DNA of 63,855 nucleotides, filler included, from Octopus bimaculoides (taxonomy: Eukaryota), in the NCBI RefSeq assembly GCF_001194135.2. It is 4 parts of 4 records of this genome, joined end to end, with 100 filler letters (N's around TTAATTAATTAA, not from the genome) between each part and the next. Parts side by side here need not be neighbours in the genome. Positions count along the whole stretch, not along the records: positions 26,103 to 40,292 come from NC_068990.1; positions 40,393 to 62,696 come from NC_068981.1; 2 more parts are not named here. One strand, written 5' to 3'. The notes beneath the pieces were generated by a model. It did not search any database. It was not told where the DNA came from and saw nothing but the letters and a program-made list of their open reading frames with translations. The translations under genes were made by a program, and so were the position numbers. Position 1 is the first letter of the stretch. Every line of letters begins with the position of its first letter. This document shows positions 36,514 to 49,020 of this stretch, one piece after another.

Positions 36514-36662
36514 GACGGGCTTCTTCCAATTTTCCGTCTATCAAATCCACTCAAAAAACTTTAATCGGCCCGAGTCTATAGTAGAAGGCACTTGCCCAAG
36601 GTGCCACGCAGTGGGACTGGACCCGGTACCTTGTGGTTGGGAAGCAAGCTTCTTATCACACG
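36490..36662 (-). mobile_element. SINE family A, 5' half
   Basis: gacgggcttcttccaattttccgtctatcaaatccactc...cacttgcccaaggtgccacgcagtgggactg...gttgggaagcaagcttctta. Confidence 0.9.
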
Positions 36663-36846
36663 TTTCAATGTCTAAATAGTCTGTCTGAATTCTGTCATGA
36701 TGATAACTGCACTATATTACGTCTTGTAACTAGTTTTATTATGCTATGTTGCGGAGACTGGAAACCCAGACAAAACAGACTTCAGAATAGAAATAATATA
36801 TTGTTTTGTACAATTGTTCTGCCGTTTCTTTGTTGTCTAGACATGA

Positions 36847-36974
36847 GTGCACTTGGTGCAGTTGGTATATATCTGTGCCGTTTTGTTTGCTTTTATCATT
36901 GTCATCTATTCTGCTATGACTGTTGCGCGTAATTTCGACATTATCTTTTGTGAGCACACTTTATTTGCGTCACT
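36847..36974 (+). CDS. Candidate exon A of an unidentified gene (hydrophobic segment)
   Basis: Open frame VHLVQLVYICAVLFAFIIVIYSAMTVARNFDIIFCEHTLFAS(L), ending at a phase-2 donor act|GTGAGT. In-frame ATG only at 36916; the 5' boundary is unclear. Confidence 0.3.
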
Positions 36975-37485
36975 GTGAGTGAAAGTCGTAGAGATGTAAC
37001 CGAGGGAAGAAAAAGAGAGAATTCATTTTCAGCTGCAGCTTTAAGGGGTATCAAAAATTTATCTAACCAATCGGATCTGTTTTTTTTTTTTTTTTAAGGT
37101 GGGATACCAAAATTTCCTTTACCTCCGAGGGCTGAGAATCTTTACTGCACCAATGGATGCTTGGTCTCAACTTTGTTGTTGCTGCTCAAAACAGAGGCGG
37201 TGGATTTAGTAGGCGCTATTTTTGGTTTATTTGTTTGAAGCTGGGTTTCTCTCTTTCCCCTCTCTCTTTCTCTCTCTCTCACTCATTCTCTTTTTCTCAC
37301 TCACTCTCTCTCTCGCTCTCTCTCTTCTCTTTGTCTCTCTCTATGTCTCTCATTCTTTCCCTTTGTCTCTCCCTTTGTCTCTCACACCTTCAGAATTATT
37401 AAGAGCCAAGAGTCAACAAGATGATGTCTCGTAAAACAAATACATCAGAAGAAAGGAATCCCGAAACAGTTATTTTTTTTTCCAG

Positions 37486-37690
37486 AGAACACCATAACAA
37501 TTATGCAATGCTTATTAAGGAAGCCACGTACCATCAATTTGATTGGACGTCTTTCTTTTCTAATACTAAAAAGAATGAGAAATCAATTTGTTTCATTGAT
37601 ATAAACGATGATTCTAGATTTCTACAATGGGAACGGATTAGCTTGCCATTTCTTCGTTGGAGGATGTTTCGTATCTCTGATGATGACAAG
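37486..37690 (+). CDS. Candidate exon B of an unidentified gene (or decayed transposase segment)
   Basis: Strong acceptor (poly-T tract)CCAG|, donor aag|GTTAGT, 205 nt open: EHHNNYAMLIKEATYHQFDWTSFFSNTKKNEKSICFIDINDDSRFLQWERISLPFLRWRMFRISDDDK. Phase-compatible with exon A. No family recognised. Confidence 0.4.
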
Positions 37691-37709
37691 GTTAGTGCAT
37701 GGTTGATAT

Positions 37710-38290
37710 AAAAAGTTTAGGATTACATGTGGGTAACTAATTACGCAGCCTTCCTGTGAAATCCGGCTTTGTGCAGCTCTTGGCGAACAGTTTTTGTGGA
37801 AATTGGGTTCTCGAGGAAGTCATTTAGCTCTGCAGTAATTTTGGGAGCTGTATTTTTGTGTTCCTTTCTAACAATTCGCGTAAGAGTCCGACAGTCCCTA
37901 TCTGAAAGTTTTGGTTTTCATCCGGAGTTTTGTTTCGACGAGGAGGTTTTCTCTCTTTCTCAAAGGCTGTCATTACTTTCGAGAGAGTACTTCTTGATAC
38001 ACCAAACATTTCGGCTGTTTTCGTTACGCCGGCGCCTGCCATACGAGCACCAACAATTCGACCTCTTGGAAAGTCCGATATATGTGTCAGTTTAATGAAT
38101 TTTAATTACCTTTTTCTAATGATTTCTGAAAAAAAACCCCAGCAATTTTAGCAAAACATATTAATATTAAACAACACTAATAATAATTTTTTTTTAAAAA
38201 TCAAATTGATAAGCATTTGACGGTTTTATAGATATTTCAAAATTATGATGCTATGATGCTAGGTATTTCCATTATTTTGTCCAACCCCTG
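37710..38290 (-). mobile_element. Tc1 transposon, 5' half (same family as 49021-50252)
   Basis: TA|caggggttggacaaaataatggaaatacc TIR. Translates IVGARMAGAGVTKTAEMFGVSRSTLSKVM...ELHKAGFH (paired-like DNA-binding domain). Confidence 0.9.
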
Positions 38291-39264
38291 TATATATATA
38301 AAAAGAACGACACAAATAAGGCTTTAAATACTTATTCTCTTTATATGTACGCCACACCGCTTACAGTTTATATTGGATTTGGTACCTATATATGTACATA
38401 CCTGCAGTACTGCAGTACACTACCAACACATGACACCTAATGGCTATTTTTACCACTCTGTGAAGTCAATGCTATGGTACCTAGCCAGTCCTGGCGCCCT
38501 ACGTGTTGATGCACCTAGATTCTAATGAATTCTGTAATGAATATATGCCCACGCAAGCGAGTATGACATGGTAGCACTACCGTGTTTTAGCTAATTCTTT
38601 AATTGTTTTAAATGTCAATGAAGTTGAGAGCATACAAAAGTTCGAAAAGTGATGAACGAAATATAGCTTCCCCCCCCCCCAAGGAAGGAAGCGATAGAGA
38701 CAGAGAATGGAAAGCCTCAGTCATTTAAAATGATAGTTACACTGAAATACAATCGATCTTGTCTAGCTTCTTTACTTTTTACAATGAAGAAGAGGAAAAG
38801 AGATTTAGTAATGAACAAAGGTCTTTCAGGTGTTAGGGTTTCATCCTGAGATTCTAGAAGGATCGTGTGTTAGTTCTCTCTTCTTTTCCCCCAAACGCGG
38901 TACTNNNNNNNNNNNNNNNNNNNNNNNNNNNNNNNNNNNNNNNNNNNNNNNNNNNNNNNNNNNNNNNNNNNNNNNNNNNNNNNNNNNNNNNNNNNNNNNN
39001 NNNNNNNNNNNNNNNNNNNNNNNNNNNNNNNNNNNNNNNNNNNNNNNNNNNNNNNNNNNNNNNNNNNNNNNNNNNNNNNNNNNNNNNNNNNNNNNNNNNN
39101 NNNNNNNNNNNNNNNNNNNNNNNNNNNNNNNNNNNNNNNNNNNNNNNNNNNNNNNNNNNNNNNNNNNNNNNNNNNNNNGTAATACCCCCGCTACAAAGTG
39201 GGTGGAGAAAAGTTGCCAACAGGTAGCTACACGAAATTCAACTGCATACTTTAAAGAATGTCTT

Positions 39265-39507
39265 CTACTATAACCTTGGGCCGACCAAATCCTGGTGAGC
39301 TGATTTGGTAGAGGGAAACTGAAAGAAGCCCGTCATATATATATATATGTGTGTGTTTGTGTGCGCGTGTGTATTTATGTGTGTGTGTGTGTTTGTGTTT
39401 GTCCTCCCCTCACAACCGACGTTCAGGGGTCGATTTCTTCGACTAAAGGTCGATGCTCTAGCATGGCTACAATCAAACGACTGAAGCAAGTAAAAGAATA
39501 AAAGAAT
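39265..39507 (+). mobile_element. SINE family A, 5'-truncated with internal deletion
   Basis: ctactataaccttgggccgacc...ggaaactgaaagaagcccgtc...(TG)n...ctagcatggctacaatc...aagtaaaagaataaaaga. Confidence 0.88.
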
Positions 39508-39607
39508 ACTACAATAACATTCCATACCACTAAACCAAGAAGGTTCTTTGAATATGTACGATGTATGTTGAGGCTAAATAGTAATTCTGTTTACATTTAC
39601 ATAACAG

Positions 39608-39658
39608 ATATTTTGGCTGGGTTATATAGTTACAGTTTTACACTTCTTTCTATATTCT
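39608..39658 (+). CDS. Candidate micro-exon C (51 nt, phase 0/0, TM-like)
   Basis: cataacAG| IFWLGYIVTVLHFFLYS |GTAAGC. Confidence 0.22.
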
Positions 39659-39903
39659 GTAAGCGTCACAATATAGAAACATTTCTCATAGCACCAGTAC
39701 ACAATTTACGGATGCTTACATTTTTTTATATTTTCCGTGAAGTTTTCACGGGTCCAGCGAGTTATTATTATTATTGTTGTTGTTGTTATTATTATTTAGT
39801 AGTCGGCTGGTTTTCGACTAATAAGACAACGAAGTTTGTGTTTTAAGCGTTGTACTTCGTTATCTATCACCTCCAGACTAAAGAGTGACATAATATATTT
39901 CAG

Positions 39904-39954
39904 CTGGTGAACACCAACCAACCTGATATATGTGCGAGCGGGAACACCTTTATG
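39904..39954 (+). CDS. Candidate micro-exon D (51 nt, phase 0/0)
   Basis: atatttcAG| LVNTNQPDICASGNTFM |GTAACA. Confidence 0.2.
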
Positions 39955-40194
39955 GTAACAACACGTTCATGTTTATTATTATTATGGCTTGTTATCTGCT
40001 TGCTTAGTTTCGTTTAGACAACTTAACACCGATTTGCTGATTAATGGTCTTTAATCGCACACCACTCCCATCTCCATCCCACCGCAGCATGCATACATAC
40101 ATACATACATACATACATACATACGTACGTACGTACATACATATATATACAGACAGACAGACAGACAGACACATACGCGAGCGTGCACACTCAG

Positions 40195-40230
<36 letters not shown>

Positions 40231-40258
40231 TTATAAATGCATTTATCTATCTATCTCG

Positions 40259-40292
<34 letters not shown>

Positions 40293-40392
40293 NNNNNNNN
40301 NNNNNNNNNNNNNNNNNNNNNNNNNNNNNNNNNNNNTTAATTAATTAANNNNNNNNNNNNNNNNNNNNNNNNNNNNNNNNNNNNNNNNNNNN
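40293..40392. other. Assembly gap marker: 44 N + TTAATTAATTAA + 44 N
   Basis: Same 100-bp structure as at 26003; linker at 40337-40348. Confidence 0.95.
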
Positions 40393-40475
<83 letters not shown>

Positions 40476-40829
40476 ATGTGTGTATATGTATGCATGTGCG
40501 TGTATATATATATACATAGTTAGATAAACAAACGTACATGGTTTGATAAAACACTACGAGGGGCGATGAGGGAGGAGGTGAGAGTAATCGACACTTTTGC
40601 TAGTCGGAATAATGTTCTGTCAGAATAATGTTCGTGTCACATTATCTTTACGACTGGAATAGTGACATTGTTAAACTCACCAGGCTTTCTTCAATTTCAT
40701 TCCCTGCCTGTCTGCTCGCCCGCAAGCCGGTCTGCCTGCGTGTCAGTCGGTCTGATTGTTGTAGTAAGGACGATACTAGAGTTACAGATGATAATCTTTC
40801 TTTTACTTGCATCAGTACACTGGTCTGTA

Positions 40830-41127
40830 CGTGTGTTAGTGGTTGGAGTTTTCGGCTTTAGATCGTAAGGTCGTGACTTCGATTCCCGGCGGCGTATTGT
40901 GTCTACTCCGCAGGCAAAAACGTTTAGTATTCCCAGCGGCGCTCCTGTGTACTCCGCAGACAAAAGATGGGTAGTATCTCTTTTCTCCGAGGGCCAACCT
41001 TGTCCCAATTCTATGTCACGCTGAATCTCCCTAGAAACTACGTTTAGGGCACGCGTGTTTGTGGAACAGCCTGCTTCGTTGATCGGATAAACTAGAAGAC
41101 CTCGTTGTCGTAACCGACGGAATGCCA
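40830..41127 (+). mobile_element. SINE family C-related copy (diverged)
   Basis: gacttcgattcccgg B-box; gggccaaccttgtc...tgtcacgctgaatctccc...cgtaaccgacggaatgcca is shared with 32905-33337. Confidence 0.85.
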
Positions 41128-41132
41128 TTTAC

Positions 41133-41435
41133 ATGGTATTGCGGCCATGTTGGACCACCGCCTTGAAGGGCTTTTTTTTTTAGTCGAACGAATCGACCCA
41201 AGTACTTATCTTTTAAGTGTGGTACTTATTCGATCGGTGTTTTTTACTAAGCCGCCAAGGTTCCGGGAATGTACAACAAACCAATATCGGTTTTGAAATG
41301 ATGGTGTGAATACAAGCACAAGGACATACGCATTGACATATACATATCTCTATATGCATAGGTTTGGCTAAACCTAGGACTATTGTAGAAGATATTTGCC
41401 CAAAGCGCCATGCAGTGGGACTGAACCCGGAACCA
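41133..41435 (-). mobile_element. SINE family A, diverged
   Basis: gcggccatgttggaccaccgcc...gtacttattcgatcgg...gtagaagatatttgcccaaagcgccatgcagtgggactgaacccggaacc. Confidence 0.8.
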
Positions 41436-41614
41436 GTTCCCTAAACAATTCGAAAGTAGGTTTTCGCATTCGATCTTACTGTGTGGATCATTGGGTAACA
41501 ATGTGTTCGATCATCGTCTCGAGTCGACGAAAATGCTCTGAATTATATAAAAATCCTTAGATACAGCATATCTAGGATCGTATTATAAAGTATTTCCTTT
41601 CCATTATAGAGTCA

Positions 41615-41660
41615 CGAGATTTGGCTGCTATTTCTAGGAGATTTAGAGGCCACATAGCTG
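41615..41660 (-). mobile_element. Retroposon family F fragment
   Basis: gagatttggctgctatttctaggag. Confidence 0.7.
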
Positions 41661-41861
41661 AAATAAGTGAAAGCCCATAGGATAAAGTGTGGTTGTGATT
41701 CAAAGAACCAAACTTTATCACGCACAGTATGTCACAGATTTTGTTCGATGACAGCAATAAGAGTTCGCGTGTCAGTGAAGTTCTTAGATTTTAATTTCTT
41801 TTATTTTGGTACGGTGTCGTTTTTACATGCTTATTTTAAATATTATCTTTGCTATTTTACT

Positions 41862-42060
41862 GCATGGTAAGTTGTTTGCTTTCCAACCGTATGGTTCCGG
41901 GTTAAGCCCCACTGCATGGCAGCTTGGGCAAGTGTCTTCTACCAACCAAATCTTTGGGAGTGGATTTGGTAGGCAGTAACTGAAAGAAGCCGGTCGTATA
42001 TATATATATATATATATATNNNNNNNNNNNNNNNNNNNNNNNNNNNNNNNNNNNNNNNNN

Positions 42061-42099
<39 letters not shown>

Positions 42100-42340
42100 T
42101 GTGTGTGCATGTATGCATTTGTATGTTTATGTCTGTCCCTCTCCACCCATCGTTTGACAACCGACTTTGGTGATTTTACGTCCCCGTGAATTAGCCGTTC
42201 GGCAAAAGACCGATAAAATAAGTACTAAGCTTACAACAAATAAATCCCGCTGTCAATTTGTTCGACTAAAACACCTTAAGGTGGTGTTCCAGCATGGCCA
42301 CAGTCAAATGACTGAAACAAGTAATAGAGATAAAAGAAAT
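41862..42340 (+). mobile_element. SINE family A, near full length
   Basis: Head, core block, central microsatellite with gap, and 3' module ending gactgaaacaagtaatagagataaaaga. Confidence 0.92.
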
Positions 42341-42973
42341 ATAGGCATTGAGAGAGCAATAACCCGATGTAGAACTCAATGTACGTAGGTTTCAGAACGA
42401 AGTGTTGGTCGCGTATAGAGCAGTAACAAGAAAGAGAGATGACAAAGGAATAACCGAAGTTCTTTAGACAATCATTTAGTTCTTTGTCATCTCTCTTTTA
42501 TACACACCCACACATATATATTTATATACATATATATATGTGTGTGAGAGAGAGAGAAAGAAAGAGAGGTGCATGTGTGTGTGCGTGTGTATAGAATGCT
42601 GAAAACTTGATATTTTATACTATGTAAATTACACACGCGTATCGGTAAATTGTCTGGCAGGATTACATTTCAGCAACTAGTAACATCTTGTCACTACCGA
42701 ATTTACCTTCGCAGCTACTAAACCAAAGCACTCTCCCTCTATCGATCATTATAATATCAATATAACCGCTATTATTATTACAACTACTTCTGATACGTAT
42801 ACATTGCTTGTAATCACGACAGAGACAGTGATAAGATCAAAGCAGCAAGCGCGTTGGCTACAGAGATATAGTAGATATCAGGATCGTGGTGGATAGCATT
42901 TGTGCTGGTACCGCTAGCGCTAGTGTTGGGAGTGAAGGTACTGCTGTATTAAGTTGGCTGGTGCAGCATGTGT

Positions 42974-43290
<317 letters not shown>

Positions 43291-43527
43291 TGGTAAGTAG
43301 AATTTTGCAAACAAGTGTAACAGACTGTTCAAATAATTTGATCCTTTGTTTTATATTATCAGCCTGATAATGTTATCTAAAATACTCCACCCTAAAGTAA
43401 TCACAATGAGAAGCTTTCTTTATATATGTATGGTAAAATTCTAATGTAGCGACTCGTAAGACGAGCTAAACCTTTATTTAGCTGTTTATTTATGTAAACA
43501 ATGTGTGTATGCTCCAGTGTGTGTGTA

Positions 43528-44333
43528 CGAGGTCTGATCAATAAGTATTCGGAATGTCGCCATAGTAACAAAGGTAAAGTACGCTGTTTATAGCAGTGCT
43601 TGGTAGGAAGGTGTATAGCATCGTCGCATTGAACATGACAGAGAAAGTTGCGATAGAGATACCTACTCAGAGGCTTACGCAAAGCTGCAGAAAATGTAAA
43701 GAGAGGAGTGTATGAGCCACACATAAGTGTACGAAAGGTTCAGACGTTTCTAAGATGGCCGAAAACAATGTCGATGTCGATGAACGTTCTGGGAGACCTG
43801 CAACCAGCAGAACTTAGAAAAAACATCGCAGATGTGCGTGCAGCTGTGAGGAGAAATCGTAGAATCACCATCGTGAGTTATCAGAAGATGTGCAGATCAA
43901 TTACGGTTCAGTTCAGTCCATTATCACTGAAGATTTGGGCATGAGATGCATGTTTATCAAGTTTGTGCCAAAACTGATTTTAGCTGACCAAAAAGACAGT
44001 CGGGTTTCAGTTGCACATCTCCTTGATTGTGTCGAGAAAGATGAAACTTTTTTGAAAACTTTGTGTAAGCTTGTGAGCAGGTATCACAAGCTTTTGGCAA
44101 AATTTGATGCAGATTCTCTGCTCAGCTTTCTTTGTCATAATCAATACGACAATCACATGCTACACACGTTCCTTCCAAACATTGCTCTAAGCCGTGAAAG
44201 TGAGCTAGAACGTTAAATCTTAATGTGCATGCACGGCAAAAGTTCAAGGTCAATTTGTGCCAAGCAGCTTTACACTGTGTGCTTTAGCTTCGTTACTATG
44301 GCAACAGTCCGGGTACTTATTGATCAGATCACG
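43528..44333 (+). mobile_element. Internally deleted mariner (irritans-like), both TIRs present
   Basis: TA|cgaggtctgatcaataagtattcggaatgtcgccatagtaac and (revcomp) TA|cgtgatctgatcaataagtacccggactgttgccatagtaac; 806 bp. Translates DERSGRPATS...NRRITIRELSEDVQINYGSVQSIITEDLGM...KFVPKL; catalytic domain absent. Confidence 0.92.
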
Positions 44334-44391
44334 TATACGGCAAACATAACTGTTTAGCATGGAGGGAATATAATACATTTTCACCACCGTC

Positions 44392-44612
44392 TCTTTCTAC
44401 TCTAGGCACAAGGGCTAAAATTTTTGGTGACTGGTGAGGTGCTAGTCGGTTACATCGGCCCCAGTGTTTAACTGGTACTTATTTTACCGACTCCAAAAAG
44501 ACGCCAAGCAAAGTCGACCTCAGCAGAATTTGAACTCAGAACCTAAAGGGCAGGAATAAATGCTGCTGCGCATTTTGTCCAACGCGTTAACGACTCTGCC
44601 AGTTCGCACACC
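44392..44612 (-). mobile_element. SINE family B, full length
   Basis: ctggtacttattttaccgac...gcaaagtcgacctcagcagaatttgaactcagaac...gttaacgactctgccagttcgc. Confidence 0.88.
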
Positions 44613-44656
44613 TTGCCACCACCAGTAATTCATCCTCAGCAATAATAGGTGTCAAA

Positions 44657-44720
44657 CATGGAGCCTCTATGTGGTCCCTGACCTGCTAGAAATAGCTGCT
44701 AATAACTCTTTCTACATCTT
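44657..44720 (+). mobile_element. Retroposon family F fragment
   Basis: ggagcctctatgtggtccctgacctgctagaaatagctgc. Confidence 0.7.
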
Positions 44721-45600
44721 CCTGGGACTACTTTCCTACATCTGTTTTGAACCCCCCCCTCCCCCCAAAAAAACTGAAGGACAATATTGCATAATCTCGT
44801 TGGAGATATACTTTATATGCCTCATCTTTACAATGAGACACCTTTTGAGTTGAGACGTAATCGATCAAAGCTGACCTCGGCTTAAATTGCAACGCAAACC
44901 ACAGTGAAGACAAGAGCACTACTGGAGCTGATACTACTATTTCAGCTGTTAATCCCCCTCCTCATTCTCCTGNNNNNNNNNNNNNNNNNNNNNNNNNNNN
45001 NNNNNNNNNNNNNNNNNNNNNNNNNNNNNNNNNNNNNNNNNNNNNNNNNNNNNNNNNNNNNNNNNNNNNNNNNNNNNNNNNNNNNNNNNNNNNNNNNNNN
45101 NNNNNNNNNNNNNNNNNNNNNNNNNNNNNNNNNNNNNNNNNNNNNNNNNNNNNNNNNNNNNNNNNNNNNNNNNNNNNNNNNNNNNNNNNNNNNNNNNNNN
45201 NNNNNNNNNNNNNNNNNNNNNNNNNNNNNNNNNNNNNNNNNNNNNNNNNNNNNNNNNNNNNNNNNNNNNNNNNNNNNNNNNNNNNNNNNNNNNNNNNNNN
45301 NNNNNNNNNNNNNNNNNNNNNNNNNNNNNNNNNNNNNNNNNNNNNNNNNNNNNNNNNNNNNNNNNNNNNNNNNNNNNNNNNNNNNNNNNNNNNNNNNNNN
45401 NNNNNNNNNNNNNNNNNNNNNNNNNNNNNNNNNNNNNNNNNNNNNNNNNNNNNNNNNNNNNNNNNNNNNNNNNNNNNNNNNNNNNNNNNNNNNNNNNNNN
45501 NNNNNNNNNNNNNNNNNNNNNNNNNNNNNNNNNNNNNNNNNNNNNNNNNNNNNNNNNNNNNNNNNNNNNNNNNNNNNNNNNNNNNNNNNNNNNNNNNNNN

Positions 45601-45679
45601 TACTACAACTGTTGCTTCTGCCGCTGCTTCTGCTGCTGCTGCTGCTGCCGGACTTACTACTACTAGTACCACCACCACC

Positions 45680-45731
<52 letters not shown>

Positions 45732-45752
45732 TTGTTGTTGCTGCTTCTGTTG

Positions 45753-45814
<62 letters not shown>

Positions 45815-45820
45815 GCTGCT
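45601..45820. repeat. Compound (CTA/CTG/CCA)n microsatellite
   Basis: Direct inspection; source of the poly-L and poly-V ORFs. Confidence 0.95.
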
Positions 45821-46088
45821 GCAGCCAGGCAGGCACTAGTTACACAAATACACACAAAAAAAGATCCGGTGTCAAAGATAACATAATCCTCGTTTGTCAA
45901 CGAACCAACGAAAATTGAAATTATATCTCATCGTATCAATATCTACGGGTGTATAGGACGCTGTGAGGGCGTTGGTGGTGTTAATGTTATTTGAGGTGGT
46001 GGTGGCGGTAGTCGGAGTGGTCTTATTGGTGATAATGTTGGTAGTGGTTATAGAGGCTGTAGTGTTGTGATTGTATGTAGTAAAGGTC

Positions 46089-46089
46089 T

Positions 46090-46152
<63 letters not shown>
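46089..46152. repeat. (TAG)n microsatellite
   Basis: Pure run. Confidence 0.95.
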
Positions 46153-46154
<2 letters not shown>

Positions 46155-46242
46155 ATGGGTGTTGTTATAGTGTTGCTGGAAATGGAAGAGGTGACGATGG
46201 TGGTCATGGACTGTGTGACTAAGAAGATCACTTTACAACTAC

Positions 46243-46368
46243 ACGGTTTCGGCTTCGGTCCTACTGCGTGTCACCTCGAGTAGGTGCCTTCGGCTGTAGC
46301 TCCCGGGATGACCAATGCCTTGTGAGTGAATTTGGTTGGCGGAAACTGTGCGGAACCCCGAGAGAAAT
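46243..46368 (+). mobile_element. SINE family A 5'-core remnant
   Basis: ctactgcgtgtcacctcgagtaggtgccttc...gaccaatgccttgtgagtgaatttggttggcggaaactg. Confidence 0.75.
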
Positions 46369-46964
46369 GGGGTCACTGAGGGGTGTGTGTGTTAAGAAAT
46401 GGTTGGAGTTTCTCTATGAAAAGATTCTCCTTGATGCTTCCAGTTCAGCATTCTGGCTTTTTTTCATTTTCCTATTATTTCTCCACGTGCGGTTAACACA
46501 ACCCCACTATTTACTGACTNNNNNNNNNNNNNNNNNNATATATATATATATAATACAAAAAATATATATGCATGTATACACACATATATGTATATACTTT
46601 CATCTACATGTGTATATAGATGCATATCAGGGTACAGGACGTTAGAACAATGAACTACAGACAACGGCACGAACACATAGGAAAACAGAAAGCCACTTGG
46701 AATTATTCATCAGCTGCCTCTATTCTAACTCTACGTTTCGAATATAATGTATATGTGTGTGTGTGTTGGTGTGGTATATTGTTCCGTGAAGGTAAAATCA
46801 CTAAATAAAGTACTCCATTTGACGAGAGATAAATATGTCATATGAGCACAGCCCCAAGACTGCAGACGTGTTATAAAATAATGTCTGTGTCGTTTCTATT
46901 GCATGAAAATATTCGTTCATGAAAATATATATAGCGTTCATTTAACAATTTATGTGTGAGTGTG

Positions 46965-47016
46965 TGAGAGAGAGAGAGAGAGAGAGGGAGGGGGAGGAGA
47001 GACAGAGGGATAGAGA

Positions 47017-47088
<72 letters not shown>
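46965..47088. repeat. (GA)n microsatellite
   Basis: Direct inspection. Confidence 0.95.
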
Positions 47089-47091
<3 letters not shown>

Positions 47092-48169
47092 TGTTTTTGG
47101 GTTTGAGAATGCACCTGAATCTCAAAACGTGCTGTCGTTTTTGAAATTTTGTAATAAAGTTAGTCAAATACCAAACCGGTTTCGTCAATGTTTTGTTTAT
47201 TAATAGTAACAAATGAATAAATAAATAAAGTGTTAAAGTTACAAGGGAAAATTCGGAAAAACATCTCAACGATCACATGTTCATATGTTCATAGAAATTT
47301 CCATGAGTTTCTCAGGAATAGACAGTAATGTAAGTTTAAATGTTCGATGAAGATCATAACAAATATACATGATTGAAAGTTCAGTCTTATTGAGATTTGC
47401 TAAAAAACAAAAAGGAGAAAGAGAAAAGAAGGGAGAGAAAGAAAGAAAGCTTCTTTTTCACAATTTCTATCACAGTTTAAGGAGTTCTTAGTGAATTTCT
47501 GTCGTAGTACATTAGGTTCTTCCTCGTTGGAGTTCGAAATGTTATAAATAAAACACGCGCGCGCGCGCGCGTGTGTGAAGGCAGTGCCCCAGCATGGCTG
47601 CAGTCTAATACGTAAAAGATAAAAGATAATTGCAGATGTATTTCGAATAATTTTTGAATTTACTTGTATATTCATAACTTTATTAAACATACCCGACCTA
47701 TTCCCTAAGGTAAAGAAAATTCAGACATCTGAAGGTTATAAAATATACTACGGGAAAATGATCTCTTAATACAGACATAGGAGAACCCGGACTAAACAAA
47801 GTCTCAGCTAAGACGTAACTTCTTTATTCCGTCTAAATTTCTGTCGTAAAGGCTTGTTTGAGTAAACCAAATCTTGGAGGAAAATATACTTGTTTAAGGT
47901 GCCTCGCATCCGGATTGCAACTAGGTCTTACTAACAGCGAAGCTAACGCGCTTAATTGTATTCAAACTAACTAACTACATAAATACTTAATATATATAAA
48001 TATGAGCAAACGAGGAAGCCTCAATACGGCTGCTTGACCTACAAGAAACATCGACTTAATCTCTATTATATCACCTGCAACCATTTAATAAAAGGGCGCA
48101 TACATACACACATACATACATACGTACATACATACATACGTACGTACGTACATACATACATGCATACAT

Positions 48170-48222
<53 letters not shown>

Positions 48223-48227
48223 CATAC

Positions 48228-48261
<34 letters not shown>

Positions 48262-49020
48262 NNNNNNNNNNNNNNNNNNNNNNNNNNNNNNNNNNNNNNN
48301 NNNNNNNNNNNNNNNNNNNNNNNNNNNNNNNNNNNNNNNNNNNNNNNNNNNNNNNNNNNNNNNNNNNNNNNNNNNNNNNNNNNNNNNNNNNNNNNNNNNN
48401 NNNNNNNNNNNNNNNNNNNNNNNNNNNNNNNNNNNNNNNNNNNNNNNNNNNNNNNNNNNNNNNNNNNNNNNNNNNNNNNNNNNNNNNNNNNNNNNNNNNN
48501 NNNNNNNNNNNNNNNNNNNNNNNNNNNNNNNNNNNNNNNNNNNNNNNNNNNNNNNNNNNNNNNNNNNNNNNNNNNNNNNNNNNNNNNNNNNNNNNNNNNN
48601 NNNNNNNNNNNNNNNNNNNNNNNNNNNNNNNNNNNNNNNNNNNNNNNNNNNNNNNNNNNNNNNNNNNNNNNNNNNNNNNNNNNNNNNNNNNNNNNNNNNN
48701 NNNNNNNNNNNNNNNNNNNNNNNNNNNNNNNNNNNNNNNNNNNNNNNNNNNNNNNNNNNNNNNNNNNNNNNNNNNNNNNNNNNNNNNNNNNNNNNNNNNN
48801 NNNNNNNNNNNNNNNNNNNNNNNNNNNNNNNNNNNNNNNNNNNNNNNNNNNNNNNNNNNNNNNNNNNNNNNNNNNNNNNNNNNNNNNNNNNNNNNNNNNN
48901 NNNNNNNNNNNNNNNNNNNNNNNNNNNNNNNNNNNNNNNNNNNNNNNNNNNNNNNNNNNNNNNNNNNNNNNNNNNNNNNNNNNNNNNNNNNNNNNNNNNN
49001 NNNNNNNNNNNNNNNNNNNN

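Noticed and set aside
42644-42707. 64-nt hairpin resembling a pre-miRNA
   Set aside because: It has a 3x6 asymmetric internal loop and short stems, and no known mature miRNA was recognised; only small-RNA data could rescue it.
47295-47335. Strong donor aat|GTAAGT; similar isolated sites at ~22900 and ~1436
   Set aside because: No convincing upstream acceptor with a meaningful open frame.
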